The notes under the pieces were generated by a model that saw only the letters and a program-made list of their open reading frames with translations, did not search any database and had not been told where the DNA came from. The position numbers and the translations under genes were made by a program. A stretch of DNA of 64,000 nt from an uncultured Prevotellaceae bacterium. GTDB taxonomy: Bacteria > Bacteroidota > Bacteroidia > Bacteroidales > Bacteroidaceae. Where the stretch lies: assembly GCA_937877605.1 (NCBI GenBank), contig CALFJA010000086.1, forward strand, positions 4,384-68,383, given 5' to 3'. Positions 26,897 to 37,083 of this stretch are shown here, piece by piece (positions within the stretch are counted from its first letter, which is position 1; each line of letters begins with the position of its first letter).

Positions 26897-29209
26897 TTAT
26901 TCCACCACTTCTTCTGGCGGTGGCGTTTCCGATTGAACCGCCTGTACGCCGCAAGGATTATAGCCGTCAGGGATGTCGAACGAAGCGGTACTCTTATAGT
27001 TCAGGTCCTTGTCGGCCATCACCTTCTTCATATAGATGCCCCAGATGGGGAGTGCTGCGGCGGCACCCTGTCCGTTTGCCATGGAGTCGAAGTGGATGTC
27101 GCGGTCGTCGCCGCCTACCCAGCAGGCACTGACAAGCTGCGGCGTGAATCCAACAAACCATCCGTCGGCATTTCGGTTTGTGGTACCCGTCTTTCCTCCG
27201 ATGGAGCCCTGTATGCCATACAGGCGGCGAACGCGGCTACCTGTACCGCCGTCGATAACGCCCTGCAACTCAATGAGCATTTTGTAGGCACTCTCGGCAT
27301 TGATAACTTCGTTCATGCGGGGCTGGAACTGGGCGATGACATTGCCTTCGGCATCCTCGATGCGCGTTACAAACAACGGAGCACAGCGGATTCCCTTGTT
27401 GGGGAATACGGAATAGGCACTGACCATTTCCGCCACGGACACCTCGCAGGGGCCGAGACAGAGAGCCAGCGACGGATAGATGTTGGGATTGTGAATGCCA
27501 TAGGAATGGAGCAATTCAACAAACTGGTAGGGGTTCATTTCGTTCATGAGGTATGCACTGACCCAGTTGTTCGACTGGGCAAGTCCCCATTTCAAGGTCA
27601 CCATCTCCCCATATCGGGCACGGCTGCCGTTGCGCGGCGTCCACGGCTGCCCGCCGACATAGTAGGTGCGTTGCTCGTTTGGCACGACATCGCAGGGTGA
27701 ATAGCCGTTCTCCATGGCCATGGAATAAAGGAACGGCTTGATGGTAGAACCCACCTGACGCCGACCTGCGGTGACCATGTCATACTGGAAGTGGGCAAAG
27801 TCGATACCTCCGACATAGGCTTTCACCTCGCCTGTCTGTGCCTCCATACTCATAAAGCCCGTACGGAGGAACTTCTTGTAGTAGCGTATGCTGTCGAGTG
27901 GAGTCATCGTGGTATCACGCTCGCCTTGATAGGAGAACACACTCATTTCCACTGGCGTGTTGAAGGCACGGCGTATTTCCTCCTCGCTGGCTCCGTCAGC
28001 CCGCATCACACGGTAACGCTCGCTCTGTTTCATGGCACGGTTCAGGATGTCCTGTACCTGCTTGGCGCTCAAGCGCGACGAATAGGGCGCGTTGGGTTTG
28101 TTCTTGCTCTCGGCAAAGAAGCGTGGCTGCAGGGTGCGACCGACATGCATCTCAACAGCCTCCTCGGCATACTTCTGCATACGGGAGTCGATGGTGGTGA
28201 AAACTTTCAGGCCATCGGTGTAGATGTTGTAGGCAGAACCGTTGCGCTTGAAGTTCTTGTTGCACCATCCGTAGAGCGGATCGGACTCCCACGCGATGGA
28301 GTCGTAGACATACTGTACGCGGTTCCATTCGGGATAGTCGTCCTTGTTCGGTTCCTTTGCCATCATGTACTGGCGGAGGAACTCGCGGAAATAAGTGGCT
28401 GTACCGTCCTTGTGGTCGATACGGTGGAAGTCCAGCTTGAGCTCTTCGGCCGAATGCTTGTCATATTCCGCCTGTGTCAGATAACCGGCCTTGACCATCT
28501 GCTGCAACACCACATTGCGCCGGTTGAGCGCACGGTCGGGGAAACGAACGGGATTGAACAGCGAAGGATTCTTGCAGAGGCCTATCAGCGTGGCACTCTC
28601 GTTCAATGTAAGGTCTTTGGCTTCCTTGTTGAAATAGGTGTTGGCTGCCGACTTGATGCCAACGGCATTGTGCAGGAAGTCGAAATAATTCAAATAAAAG
28701 GCTATGATTTCCTCTTTGGTGTAGTGGCGCTCCAGTTTTACGGCGATGACCCACTCTATCGGTTTTTGGAAAAGACGCTCTATCTTGTTGTGCGCCTTGG
28801 CCGAATAAAGCTGTTTGGCCAGCTGCTGTGTAATAGTGGAACCTCCACCGGCACTGGCTTGCTGGAGTATACCTCGCTTGACGATGGCGCGGCCAAGGGC
28901 AATGTAGTCTATTCCAGAATGTTCGTAGAACCGCTCGTCCTCCGTTGCCACCAGGGCTTTCACCAGATAAGGCGACAGTTGCTCGTAGGGAATGCATATT
29001 CGGTTCTCGCGGTCAATGCTGTAGGTACCTATTATCTTGCCATCGGCTGAATAGACCTGGGTGGCAAAGCGGCTGATGGGATTCTGCAAGTCTTCAATAT
29101 CAGGCATATAGCCGATCCATCCGAACCACACTGCCGTGAAAAACAACAACAACGCCAGTAAGAGGCAGCCGAATGCCTTCCACATTCCAATAATAATTTT
29201 GCGTTTCAT
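26897..29209 (-). CDS. penicillin-binding protein 1A (bifunctional glycosyltransferase/transpeptidase)
   Basis: 770-aa ORF with an N-terminal TM helix, GT51 motifs (ATEDERFYEHSGID, GGSTITQQLAK) and a transpeptidase STIKP motif. Confidence 0.9.
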   Translation of the reverse strand: MKRKIIIGMWKAFGCLLLALLLFFTAVWFGWIGYMPDIEDLQNPISRFATQVYSADGKIIGTYSIDRENRICIPYEQLSPYLVKALVATEDERFYEHSGIDYIALGRAIVKRGILQQASAGGGSTITQQLAKQLYSAKAHNKIERLFQKPIEWVIAVKLERHYTKEEIIAFYLNYFDFLHNAVGIKSAANTYFNKEAKDLTLNESATLIGLCKNPSLFNPVRFPDRALNRRNVVLQQMVKAGYLTQAEYDKHSAEELKLDFHRIDHKDGTATYFREFLRQYMMAKEPNKDDYPEWNRVQYVYDSIAWESDPLYGWCNKNFKRNGSAYNIYTDGLKVFTTIDSRMQKYAEEAVEMHVGRTLQPRFFAESKNKPNAPYSSRLSAKQVQDILNRAMKQSERYRVMRADGASEEEIRRAFNTPVEMSVFSYQGERDTTMTPLDSIRYYKKFLRTGFMSMEAQTGEVKAYVGGIDFAHFQYDMVTAGRRQVGSTIKPFLYSMAMENGYSPCDVVPNEQRTYYVGGQPWTPRNGSRARYGEMVTLKWGLAQSNNWVSAYLMNEMNPYQFVELLHSYGIHNPNIYPSLALCLGPCEVSVAEMVSAYSVFPNKGIRCAPLFVTRIEDAEGNVIAQFQPRMNEVINAESAYKMLIELQGVIDGGTGSRVRRLYGIQGSIGGKTGTTNRNADGWFVGFTPQLVSACWVGGDDRDIHFDSMANGQGAAAALPIWGIYMKKVMADKDLNYKSTASFDIPDGYNPCGVQAVQSETPPPEEVVE

Positions 29210-29286
29210 GCCTTATATTCAATTAACAATATTCAATAATCTAATGGCCATCTCCAAAAGCCAATCAAGCGATGAGGCTTCCTTTG

Positions 29287-30516
29287 CTATTCTGACAGGA
29301 ACATAGCCTCAATGAGTTCTTTGTGATGTCCGGGCAGGATTACATGGTGGTTGCCAATCGGGTTGGACAGGAAATAGTTGGTGTCGGAGGGGTCTGCCAG
29401 TCTGATTTGTTGCTGTGTGCGGCAGAGGTCGGGCTTTCCCTGACAGGCTATGAGTTCCCCTTCTGCCACAAACAGGCGCGAAAGGTCGCCGGCCAGTTTG
29501 AATATGGTCACGGGACCCGTCTGCATATATCCGCGGATGCCGATGCCGATGCCCGACTCGAAGTGCGTGTCCAGTTCAAAGCGGTCGACCATGTCAAGTG
29601 GTATGGTGCAATGGGCAAAGAGCATCTCCCCCGTTTCGGGATTGATGTGTGCCGGATTGGCTTGGAAGCCCGAAATTCCGAGCAAAGAACGGGCCGTTAG
29701 CATGGACAGCGCCGTGGGAATGTCTCCCTCGCAGCCTGCCACATAGCCTTCCGCATTGAGCAAGGCAAGTGCGGTGCAGCCTGTGTTCTGCACGGCGGTG
29801 AGCAGGTCGAAGCAGCGAATGGTAAAGCCCTGAAGGTCATGGTGCTTAACAATCGCCTTGAGTGCAGTATACATCTGAAGTGCACCTGCCATTGAATGTT
29901 CTATGCCTGGGGTATCGTCGGCCGACAGGGGGGCTATGTGTGAAGATAGTTCTGCCAGTTTACCGGCATCGGGTTCCGGCTGGCGATCTAGTTCGGCCTT
30001 TACTTCCTCCATGGGAATGTCCACGAGAGCGACACCCAGCCGCTGGCGGACGGTTTCGTAGTCCACTCCGCTGGAAATGAGCCAGTCGGATGGGCGGCCC
30101 ATGACACCCAAGCGCGCATTGCGCAGCCACTTACGGGCAGTCTCCGTCTTTTCCAGCAAATGGATTCGCCGGGAGACATACTCGGCCGAGCCGTGCAATA
30201 TTTCGCCCTTCACATTGTGCTGCCGAAGATAGGAGAGAATCTCTGCCGAGGCGGCCAGCGAGTTGCTCTTGCCGGAAGTGAGCAGGTAGATGGGGCTTTC
30301 GGACTCAAGCAGACGGGGCAACAGTCGCAGGAAGGCTGCTTCCGTGCCGCCGGTACTGACATAGATAAGGTTGAGTGCCGATTCTCCGTATTGCTTGAAA
30401 TCAGAACCGTGGAAGGCGTATTCCACATCCAGGCTGTTCAAATATTCGCGGGTAGTCCGTACCACTGCCTCCTCATTGTGCAGGGACGATGAGAGCATAA
30501 ATATTGCTACTGACAT
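29287..30516 (-). CDS. L-fucose/L-arabinose isomerase-like family protein (function uncertain)
   Basis: 409-aa ORF. Its general resemblance to FucI-like sugar isomerases (GCEGDIPTAL segment) is a weak call made from memory. Confidence 0.4.
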   Translation of the reverse strand: MSVAIFMLSSSLHNEEAVVRTTREYLNSLDVEYAFHGSDFKQYGESALNLIYVSTGGTEAAFLRLLPRLLESESPIYLLTSGKSNSLAASAEILSYLRQHNVKGEILHGSAEYVSRRIHLLEKTETARKWLRNARLGVMGRPSDWLISSGVDYETVRQRLGVALVDIPMEEVKAELDRQPEPDAGKLAELSSHIAPLSADDTPGIEHSMAGALQMYTALKAIVKHHDLQGFTIRCFDLLTAVQNTGCTALALLNAEGYVAGCEGDIPTALSMLTARSLLGISGFQANPAHINPETGEMLFAHCTIPLDMVDRFELDTHFESGIGIGIRGYMQTGPVTIFKLAGDLSRLFVAEGELIACQGKPDLCRTQQQIRLADPSDTNYFLSNPIGNHHVILPGHHKELIEAMFLSE

Positions 30517-30697
30517 GTTGTTTTTAGGTTTTCAGATGGATGGTTTCGGTGTTTTAAGAGCCATTTATTTGGCGAAGGTACAACAATTGCCCGAAAGATG
30601 CAAATGATTGTTGCCGAAACCGCTGCGAATTCAAATTATTTTACCTATTTTTACACCGCAAATCAACCAAACGACCAACTGTCAACACAATCAAAGC

Positions 30698-31606
30698 ATG
30701 CAAAGGGAAATTTATCTTGCCGGTGGCTGCTTCTGGGGGCTGCAGCATCTCCTCCGCCAGTTGCCGGGGGTCATTGCCACGGAGGCAGGCTTTGCCAATG
30801 GGAATACCCCCCACCCCACCTACGAAGAAGTCTACACTGACCGGACTGGCCATGCGGAGACCGTCAGGGTGCTTTACAACGACGAACGGCTACGGCTCTT
30901 CACGCTCATCAATATCTACTTCATGGGCATTGACCCCCTCTCACTGAACCAGCAAGGAGGCGACAGGGGCACCCGATACCGTACCGGTGTCTATTACACT
31001 ACAAAGAAAGACTGCGAAACCATTTCCCAAGTCTTTGCCCTGCAACAAGCAAAATACGGGAAGCCGCTGGCTGTCGAGCTACTCCCTTTGGAAAGCTTCT
31101 ACCCCGCCGACGACCGACACCAGGACTATCTTCTCAATAATCCCACGGGCTATTGCCACCTGCCGCTGTCGCTCTTTCAGGAAGTGAAGCGGCTGAACCG
31201 GAAAATCTACTTTGCCGGTTCCATACGCGGAGGACGGACCGACGAACATCTGTATGCCAGCATCATTGAGCATATCCAGAAACGGCACTTCGTCCTGACC
31301 GAGCATGTGGGAAACCTCCGGAAAAGTGCGCTGGAGAACCAGCCTGCCAACAATGCGGACATCTATAGACAAGACACCGGCTGGATTGCACAATGCGACA
31401 TTCTCATTGCCGAATGCACCGTTCCCTCGTTGGGAGTGGGCTACGAACTGGCCTATGCCGAGCAATTGCGGAAACCCTGCCACATCTTCTTCAACGACCA
31501 GCGCTGCCGCCTTTCCGCCATGATTGCCGGGAACAAGTACTTCTGCCTCCATCCCTATACGGCAGAAGCAGAATTGTTCGACACGATTGACAAAATCCTC
31601 CCGTAG
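30698..31606 (+). CDS. msrA: fusion protein: peptide-methionine (S)-S-oxide reductase MsrA N-terminal domain plus DNPH1/Rcl-like 2'-deoxynucleoside 5'-phosphate N-hydrolase C-terminal domain
   Basis: The MsrA GGCFWG motif is in MQREIYLAGGCFWGLQHL. The C-terminal half (KIYFAGSIRGGRTDEHLY...VLTEHV...PSLGVGYELAYA...LSAMIAG) closely parallels human DNPH1 motifs (GSIRGGR, LTEHV, PSLGVGYEL, LSAMI). The track ORF starts at 30608; the internal Met at 30698 is preferred. Confidence 0.8.
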   Translation: MQREIYLAGGCFWGLQHLLRQLPGVIATEAGFANGNTPHPTYEEVYTDRTGHAETVRVLYNDERLRLFTLINIYFMGIDPLSLNQQGGDRGTRYRTGVYYTTKKDCETISQVFALQQAKYGKPLAVELLPLESFYPADDRHQDYLLNNPTGYCHLPLSLFQEVKRLNRKIYFAGSIRGGRTDEHLYASIIEHIQKRHFVLTEHVGNLRKSALENQPANNADIYRQDTGWIAQCDILIAECTVPSLGVGYELAYAEQLRKPCHIFFNDQRCRLSAMIAGNKYFCLHPYTAEAELFDTIDKILP

Positions 31607-31830
31607 CGTGGCAACCGACCCTTCGCATGGATTTTTTGTAAAGATTTCTTACTGTTTTCACATTTCGGCGATGCTACTGCCGTGTTAAAAAACTACCTGT
31701 GGGCAAAGTTGCCACCGCCGGGGAGAAAAGGCTGTATTCGGAAGTACGGCTGACAACTAGCAACTTATAGGCGTTCTGAAGTGAAAATAATCGCAGCAAT
31801 TTTCCAACTGGGCGGCTCTTGCAAAGCAAA

Positions 31831-31883
31831 AGCCTAGGTCTTGGCCGACAACTGTACGGGTGTCGTATGCCCAGACCTAGGCT
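31831..31883 (-). terminator. hairpin downstream of the BIG2/T9SS gene
   Basis: AGCCTAGGTCTTGG pairs with CCCAGACCTAGGCT. On the minus strand it is followed by TTTTGCTTTGC. Confidence 0.5.
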
Positions 31884-32009
31884 GTTATGGTTCAGTATTT
31901 GGAGATAAAACCGCGAAAAGTGTTAAAATGCCCCTGTCATAAGGCTGCAGAAGCCCTTGAAAAAATGTAATGATTTTTTACGAAAAGGACGCATGCTACT
32001 GACAGTTGT

Positions 32010-33440
32010 CTACTTTATTCTCACCTTCCTGGTCTTTCCCGTACCCGCTTTCTCCAGGACAACGCCCTTGTATGCCTGGTTGGCGGGCACTCCGTCCAAG
32101 GTGTATCGCCTTGCCTTGGTCAGTGTTCCTTCTTCCGTGGGTAGGGACTCGATAGCGGTTGCGGTGTTCACGACATTCAAGTTGCAGGCCTGCTGGCTTC
32201 CACCGTCCAGACTCTCGGCAGTAATGACGCAACTACCGGCCGAATGAAGGCGCACAATACCGTCGCTGACTGTGGCCACCGAGGCGTCGGACGAACTCCA
32301 TCTCACCCGTACATCTGTCGTGGTCGACGGCGATAGGGTGTATTTAAGTACCACGGTGTCCTGCTCAGCCATGTCGGCTTCGCGCTCAATGGCTGAAAGG
32401 GTGAGTGCCGTCGAGACGACGGGCTGGTTCTGTGAGCCGCGCCGATAGAGATACGGCAGTTGGAGCGAAGTGCTCTTGTAGTTCCAGAAGCGTGCATAAC
32501 TGCCCGACGGGGCATTGTAGCGCATGGTTCCGTAGTTGGTGTTGGTGCTGGCAATGGTAGCACCGTCGTAGCCAAGGCTGACCGTCCATGTGGTGACGCC
32601 CTCGTCCCATGCCAGATGCTGTGCCGCAGTGGCACCCAACACCCTGCCATACTGGTCGGTGAAGGTCCAATAGCCCGATGCGTCTTTGGTCAGCGTGAAG
32701 ATGGATACATCCGGTTCGTATAATGAAGAGGTTGAAGCCACACCTATAGCGTCAAGGTAATGGCTGGTGGAAATGCCGTCGATATCGCCGGCTGCGCTGC
32801 CGCTGCGATACATGATGACCACATCACCGTCGTTGATGGCATCTTTCTTCTCCAGTTTGGAGTAAGACCACGACATGGCCGACTCCGTCCCTGCTGCGGA
32901 TGGAGTGTAGTCGATGGTGATTCGGTTGATGTAGACGGAGCCTTCGCTTGTTCCGCCGACTATGGCGATGGCAAGTTCTTCATCGCTGAGTGCCTGCGAG
33001 AGTTGCATCTCCTTGGTCAGGTCCACATATACGCCCAAGTCCTTGCTCACCCACTGCCCGTACCAGTCGTCGGAACTGAAATCCTTGGCCGACATTGTAT
33101 AGAGTGTGGTCTCTCCGTTGGTCACCTTAAGGGCAAAACTGCCGCTCTTTGCGTTGGAACACATGTTCAATGTGACACTGTTCACCGTACAGCCTTCCCA
33201 TCCCTGCAGGTAAAGCGTGGCCGTCTTGTTGCGCGGAACTTGGTTGTAACGGTTGCCCGTGGTGGCGCCATAGGGGTTGTCGAAAATCGCAACCGCCCCT
33301 TTGGGCTGCTCACCGAAGGCCTTCAGCGCGAAATCGGCCTTGTCCTTGTTGTATTCCACGATTTGGTAGGATACCGATGCTGCCATCATCTGACCGCAAA
33401 CAAGCAACGAAAGCAGGAAAAATAAGATTTTACGAATCAT
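32010..33440 (-). CDS. secreted protein with a bacterial Ig-like (BIG2) domain and a T9SS-type C-terminal sorting domain
   Basis: Signal peptide, BIG2-like SSSDASVATVSDGIVRLHSAGSCVITAES, and a C-terminal YTLDGVPANQAYKGVVLEKAGTGKTRKVRIK tail. Confidence 0.55.
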   Translation of the reverse strand: MIRKILFFLLSLLVCGQMMAASVSYQIVEYNKDKADFALKAFGEQPKGAVAIFDNPYGATTGNRYNQVPRNKTATLYLQGWEGCTVNSVTLNMCSNAKSGSFALKVTNGETTLYTMSAKDFSSDDWYGQWVSKDLGVYVDLTKEMQLSQALSDEELAIAIVGGTSEGSVYINRITIDYTPSAAGTESAMSWSYSKLEKKDAINDGDVVIMYRSGSAAGDIDGISTSHYLDAIGVASTSSLYEPDVSIFTLTKDASGYWTFTDQYGRVLGATAAQHLAWDEGVTTWTVSLGYDGATIASTNTNYGTMRYNAPSGSYARFWNYKSTSLQLPYLYRRGSQNQPVVSTALTLSAIEREADMAEQDTVVLKYTLSPSTTTDVRVRWSSSDASVATVSDGIVRLHSAGSCVITAESLDGGSQQACNLNVVNTATAIESLPTEEGTLTKARRYTLDGVPANQAYKGVVLEKAGTGKTRKVRIK

Positions 33441-33665
33441 AATTTGCTATTTAATAATATAGAAAAATATCGTTATCAGGATGTCGGTTAGTTTGAATTG
33501 TCTATTGTTCACTATCTGCGCGTGATACTCTTGTGGACAATTCGTAGTACACGGCCTCCAGTTCCTCGATGCTCATCTCGGACAGAAGATGTCCGATACG
33601 GCTGTTCAGGAGGGAACGGCGCAGGAGTTCGTCCTGCTCAGAGTTTCCAAATCGCACCATATACG

Positions 33666-34292
33666 CTATCGGATGAAATTTGTATGAATCCTGCTCGGTT
33701 CCTCCTCGGGCAGTCCGCTGCGCTCCTTTTCCGCCCGGATAGCCTTAATCAGGAATCCCATGTTGCGTCCTAAGACCCGCATTATCTGCATTCCCTCGGC
33801 ATCCTGCAAGGTTTCCTCCGGTGAATTGCCGTGCACCTCGTTCCAGTATCGGCTGGAAACGATAGGCATTTCTGCTATGGAGAAGTACTTGTTGAGTTGG
33901 TCGAGTGTGGCTATGGTGCCAGCCCTCCTTGCCGATGCCACTGCAGCACCTACCTTCATGCGCTTGGAAAAAGAGGTGCAGTAGAAAAGTCTGTCCATGA
34001 ACGATGTAATGGTTCCGGCCGCACCGGCATAGTAAACGGGCGAACCGACCACCAGACCGTCGGCTTCCTCAAACTTGGCTGCCACCTCGTTCACCTTGTC
34101 GTCGAAGATGCAATGACCCAGTCTGCGGCATTGCAGACAGGAAATGCATCCCCGTACGGACAGATGTCCGACATGGATAATCTCCGTTTCTATTCCAGAT
34201 GCATTGAGTTCGCCAGCCACCACTTCCAAGGCACAGTTGGTGGAGCCGTGAGCATGGGGGCTGCCGTTTAGCAGTATGACTTTCATTGGCAT
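33666..34292 (-). CDS. flavodoxin-like NAD(P)H-dependent FMN reductase / iron-sulfur flavoprotein
   Basis: MKVILLNGSPHAHGST plus a Cys cluster CISCLQCRRLGHC. The start is trimmed to avoid overlap with the upstream rhodanese gene. Confidence 0.65.
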   Translation of the reverse strand: MPMKVILLNGSPHAHGSTNCALEVVAGELNASGIETEIIHVGHLSVRGCISCLQCRRLGHCIFDDKVNEVAAKFEEADGLVVGSPVYYAGAAGTITSFMDRLFYCTSFSKRMKVGAAVASARRAGTIATLDQLNKYFSIAEMPIVSSRYWNEVHGNSPEETLQDAEGMQIMRVLGRNMGFLIKAIRAEKERSGLPEEEPSRIHTNFIR

Positions 34293-34303
34293 TTCGTATG
34301 TTG

Positions 34304-34711
34304 TTATTGTTCGACATGAAAGGAATCTGCCTGCCACTGGATGATACCTCCCAAAAGGTTAACCACCTCGTAGCCCTTGTCTGCCAGCTGGGCAGCGGCA
34401 TTGGCACTTCGCTTCCCACTGCGGCAATAGACAGCCACCACACGGTCTTTTTCCAACTGAGCACAGGCCTGTTCGATGAAATTCCTATTCTTGAAGTCGA
34501 TGTTCACGGCTCCAATCAGGTGCCCTTCGGCAAACTCCTCCGCCGTGCGGACATCCACCAACTGCACATCTCCCGAACCGATTATCTCGGAAAACTCGGC
34601 AGTTGATACTGAACGGAATTTATCTGAGATAGGTTTTTGAGGTAACAGGAAGAAGTAAACCAATGCCAATAAAAGGAGGATGACGATGGCAATAATCAAG
34701 ATTCGTTTCAT
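34304..34711 (-). CDS. membrane-anchored rhodanese-domain sulfurtransferase
   Basis: The internal start MKRILIIAIVILLLLALV is preferred. Active-site loop YCRSGKRS. Confidence 0.75.
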   Translation of the reverse strand: MKRILIIAIVILLLLALVYFFLLPQKPISDKFRSVSTAEFSEIIGSGDVQLVDVRTAEEFAEGHLIGAVNIDFKNRNFIEQACAQLEKDRVVAVYCRSGKRSANAAAQLADKGYEVVNLLGGIIQWQADSFHVEQ

Positions 34712-34920
34712 AAATATTATATAAAGGTGTTTCTCAAAAGGCAAAATTACGAATAAGCGCGTAATAAACAAATTATTATAAGGTAAATTATTTTCGGGGA
34801 AAAAGCGGATAGATATGATCAGAATGTATTTTATCCTGTTTTCTTCGGCGTTTTTTTTGCCAGCAAGAAACTTTTCATTATCTTCGCAGGTAAGAACATT
34901 AAGCAATTTATTTCAATACT

Positions 34921-35832
34921 ATGCAGATAACGAAATTCGACGATTTGATGCATCATCTGGCCGACCACAACAGACAGGTAAGCGTAGCAGTGGTCAAGGC
35001 CGAGGACGAATCCACGCAGGAAGCACTCCGCCAGGCCATGGAACAGGGGTTTGTACGGACCGTTTTCGTGGGCGGTCGTCAGGCTATTGAAGCGAACATG
35101 CAACTCATGGAGCAAAAAGAAAAGTTTCGCATCGTTGATATGGACGACCCGGAAGAGGCCTGCGCCCAGGCGGTGGCACTGGTCAGGGAAGGGAAAGCCG
35201 ATGTGTTGATGAAGGGCCTGGTCAATACTGACAAGCTGCTGCGTGCCATTCTGAACAAGGAAACGGGCATCCTGCCGAAGGGAAGGTTGCTCACGCACAT
35301 CACAGCCGCCGAACTGGCCGACTACGACAAACTCCTTTTCTTCACCGACCCGGCCGTACTCCCCTCACCCACCCTTGAACAGCGACGCGAACAGATTGCT
35401 TATTTGAAGACTCTATGCCATGCCTTTGGCATCGACTGCCCCCGCATTGCCCTCATCCACTGCACGGAGAAAGTGAACGGGAAGCATTTCCCTGTCACAC
35501 TCGACTACCAACAGCTGACCGAGGAATGGAAGGCCGGCCAAGTGGGCGACTGTATCGTTGACGGTCCGCTGGACTTGAAGACATCCATTTGCCGCGAGAG
35601 CATGCTCACCAAGGGAATAAGCTCACCTATAGACGGCCATGCCGACGCCGTGATATTCCCCGACATACAGGCCGCCAATGTCTTCTTCAAGATCATCACC
35701 TTCCTGCCCACCACTAAGGTAGCCTGCTGCCTGCAAGGCACTGACGCCCCCGTGGTGCTCACCTCCCGCAGCGATTCCACCGAGACGAAATTCCTTTCGC
35801 TCGCTTTGGCCGCACAGTCGGTTCACAACTAA
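34921..35832 (+). CDS. ptb: phosphate butyryltransferase (PTA/PTB family)
   Basis: 303-aa ORF immediately upstream of butyrate kinase, with DVLMKGLVNT and ADAVIFPDIQAANV segments. Confidence 0.8.
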   Translation: MQITKFDDLMHHLADHNRQVSVAVVKAEDESTQEALRQAMEQGFVRTVFVGGRQAIEANMQLMEQKEKFRIVDMDDPEEACAQAVALVREGKADVLMKGLVNTDKLLRAILNKETGILPKGRLLTHITAAELADYDKLLFFTDPAVLPSPTLEQRREQIAYLKTLCHAFGIDCPRIALIHCTEKVNGKHFPVTLDYQQLTEEWKAGQVGDCIVDGPLDLKTSICRESMLTKGISSPIDGHADAVIFPDIQAANVFFKIITFLPTTKVACCLQGTDAPVVLTSRSDSTETKFLSLALAAQSVHN

Positions 35833-35861
35833 ACCATTGAAAGTCCTTAACACCAAAATAC

Positions 35862-36932
35862 TTGAAAAACACCATGTACATCCTAGCCATCAATCCTGGT
35901 TCCACCAGTACGAAGATAGCCATCTACAACAACGAGGAGCAAGTGCTCCGCAAGAATATCCAGCACAATGCCGACGAACTGGCAGCCTACGGAGAGGTAA
36001 CGGAACAGTATGCCTTCCGTAAGCAACTGGTCATGAACGAATTGGCAAAACTCGACTCTTCCATCGTGCTTTCGGCCGTTATCGGTCGCGGCGGACTGGC
36101 CAAGCCCGTTGAAGGTGGCGTTTACGAGGTTACACCGCGCATGATTGAGATGACCCGACAGGCCAAGTACAAGCATGTATGCGACCTGGGGTGCCTCATG
36201 GCCTATGAGATTGCCAAGGAAATACCTGGCTGCCAATGCTACATTGCCGACCCCGGAATGGTAGATGAGATGAATCCCTATGCGCGCATCAGTGGTTCTC
36301 CTCTGTTGCCGAGGGTCTGTCTCTGGCATGCCCTGAACCAGCGTGCCATCGCCCGACGCTTTGCCAAGGAGCACGGCAGCCGCTACGAGGATTTGCGGCT
36401 CATCATCTGTCACCTGGGTGGAGGAATTTCCATTGCCGCTCATGACCACGGGCGCGCCGTCGATGCAAACAACGCACTGGACGGAGAAGGCCCGTTCGGA
36501 CCGGAACGCACCGGTTCGCTGCCCGTTGCCGACTTGGTGAGGCTGTGCTTCTCAGGCAAATACACTGAAAGTGAACTGCTCAACCACATCTCACGACGCG
36601 GCGGTGTCATGGCCTATCTAGGCACCAACGACATGATAAAGAATGTGGAAAGCGTCAAGAACGGCGACAAAAAGGCGGAACTCATTGTCAATGCCATGAT
36701 TTACGACACTGCCAAGTTCATCGCTTCCTACACCCCCGTACTCCACGGAGAGGTGGATGCCATCATCCTGACCGGCGGACTGGCATTTTCCGACTATATC
36801 GTCAGTGGGCTGAAAGAGCGTCTCTCTTTCATTGCACCCATCCATGTCTATCCCGGTGAGGACGAAATGGAAGCATTGGCACTGAACGCCCTCGACGCCT
36901 TACAAGGCAATACGGAAGTCAAAGAGTATTAG
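35862..36932 (+). CDS. buk: butyrate kinase
   Basis: ILAINPGSTSTKIAIY and ICHLGGGISIAAH motifs of the acetate/butyrate kinase family, 356 aa. Confidence 0.9.
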   Translation: MKNTMYILAINPGSTSTKIAIYNNEEQVLRKNIQHNADELAAYGEVTEQYAFRKQLVMNELAKLDSSIVLSAVIGRGGLAKPVEGGVYEVTPRMIEMTRQAKYKHVCDLGCLMAYEIAKEIPGCQCYIADPGMVDEMNPYARISGSPLLPRVCLWHALNQRAIARRFAKEHGSRYEDLRLIICHLGGGISIAAHDHGRAVDANNALDGEGPFGPERTGSLPVADLVRLCFSGKYTESELLNHISRRGGVMAYLGTNDMIKNVESVKNGDKKAELIVNAMIYDTAKFIASYTPVLHGEVDAIILTGGLAFSDYIVSGLKERLSFIAPIHVYPGEDEMEALALNALDALQGNTEVKEY

Positions 36933-36938
36933 TTGCAT

Positions 36939-37044
36939 AACCTGTTGGTTTCCAACGGCTTGCAACTGGGGCCCAAACACATTCCAAAAGAGCCCCAAAC
37001 ACACGGCGAAAGCCGTCCAAACGCAATGCATTTGGGCGGCTTTC
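36939..37044. repeat. REP-like palindromic intergenic element, copy 3
   Basis: AACCTGTTGGTTTCCAACGGCTTGCAAC, GGGGCCCAAAC, GAGCCCCAAAC and CATTTGGGCGGCTTT units between convergent buk and glyA. Confidence 0.8.
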
Positions 37045-37083
37045 ATATTTTGGATGAAATTCTGTTGGTAATCGGACAAATTA

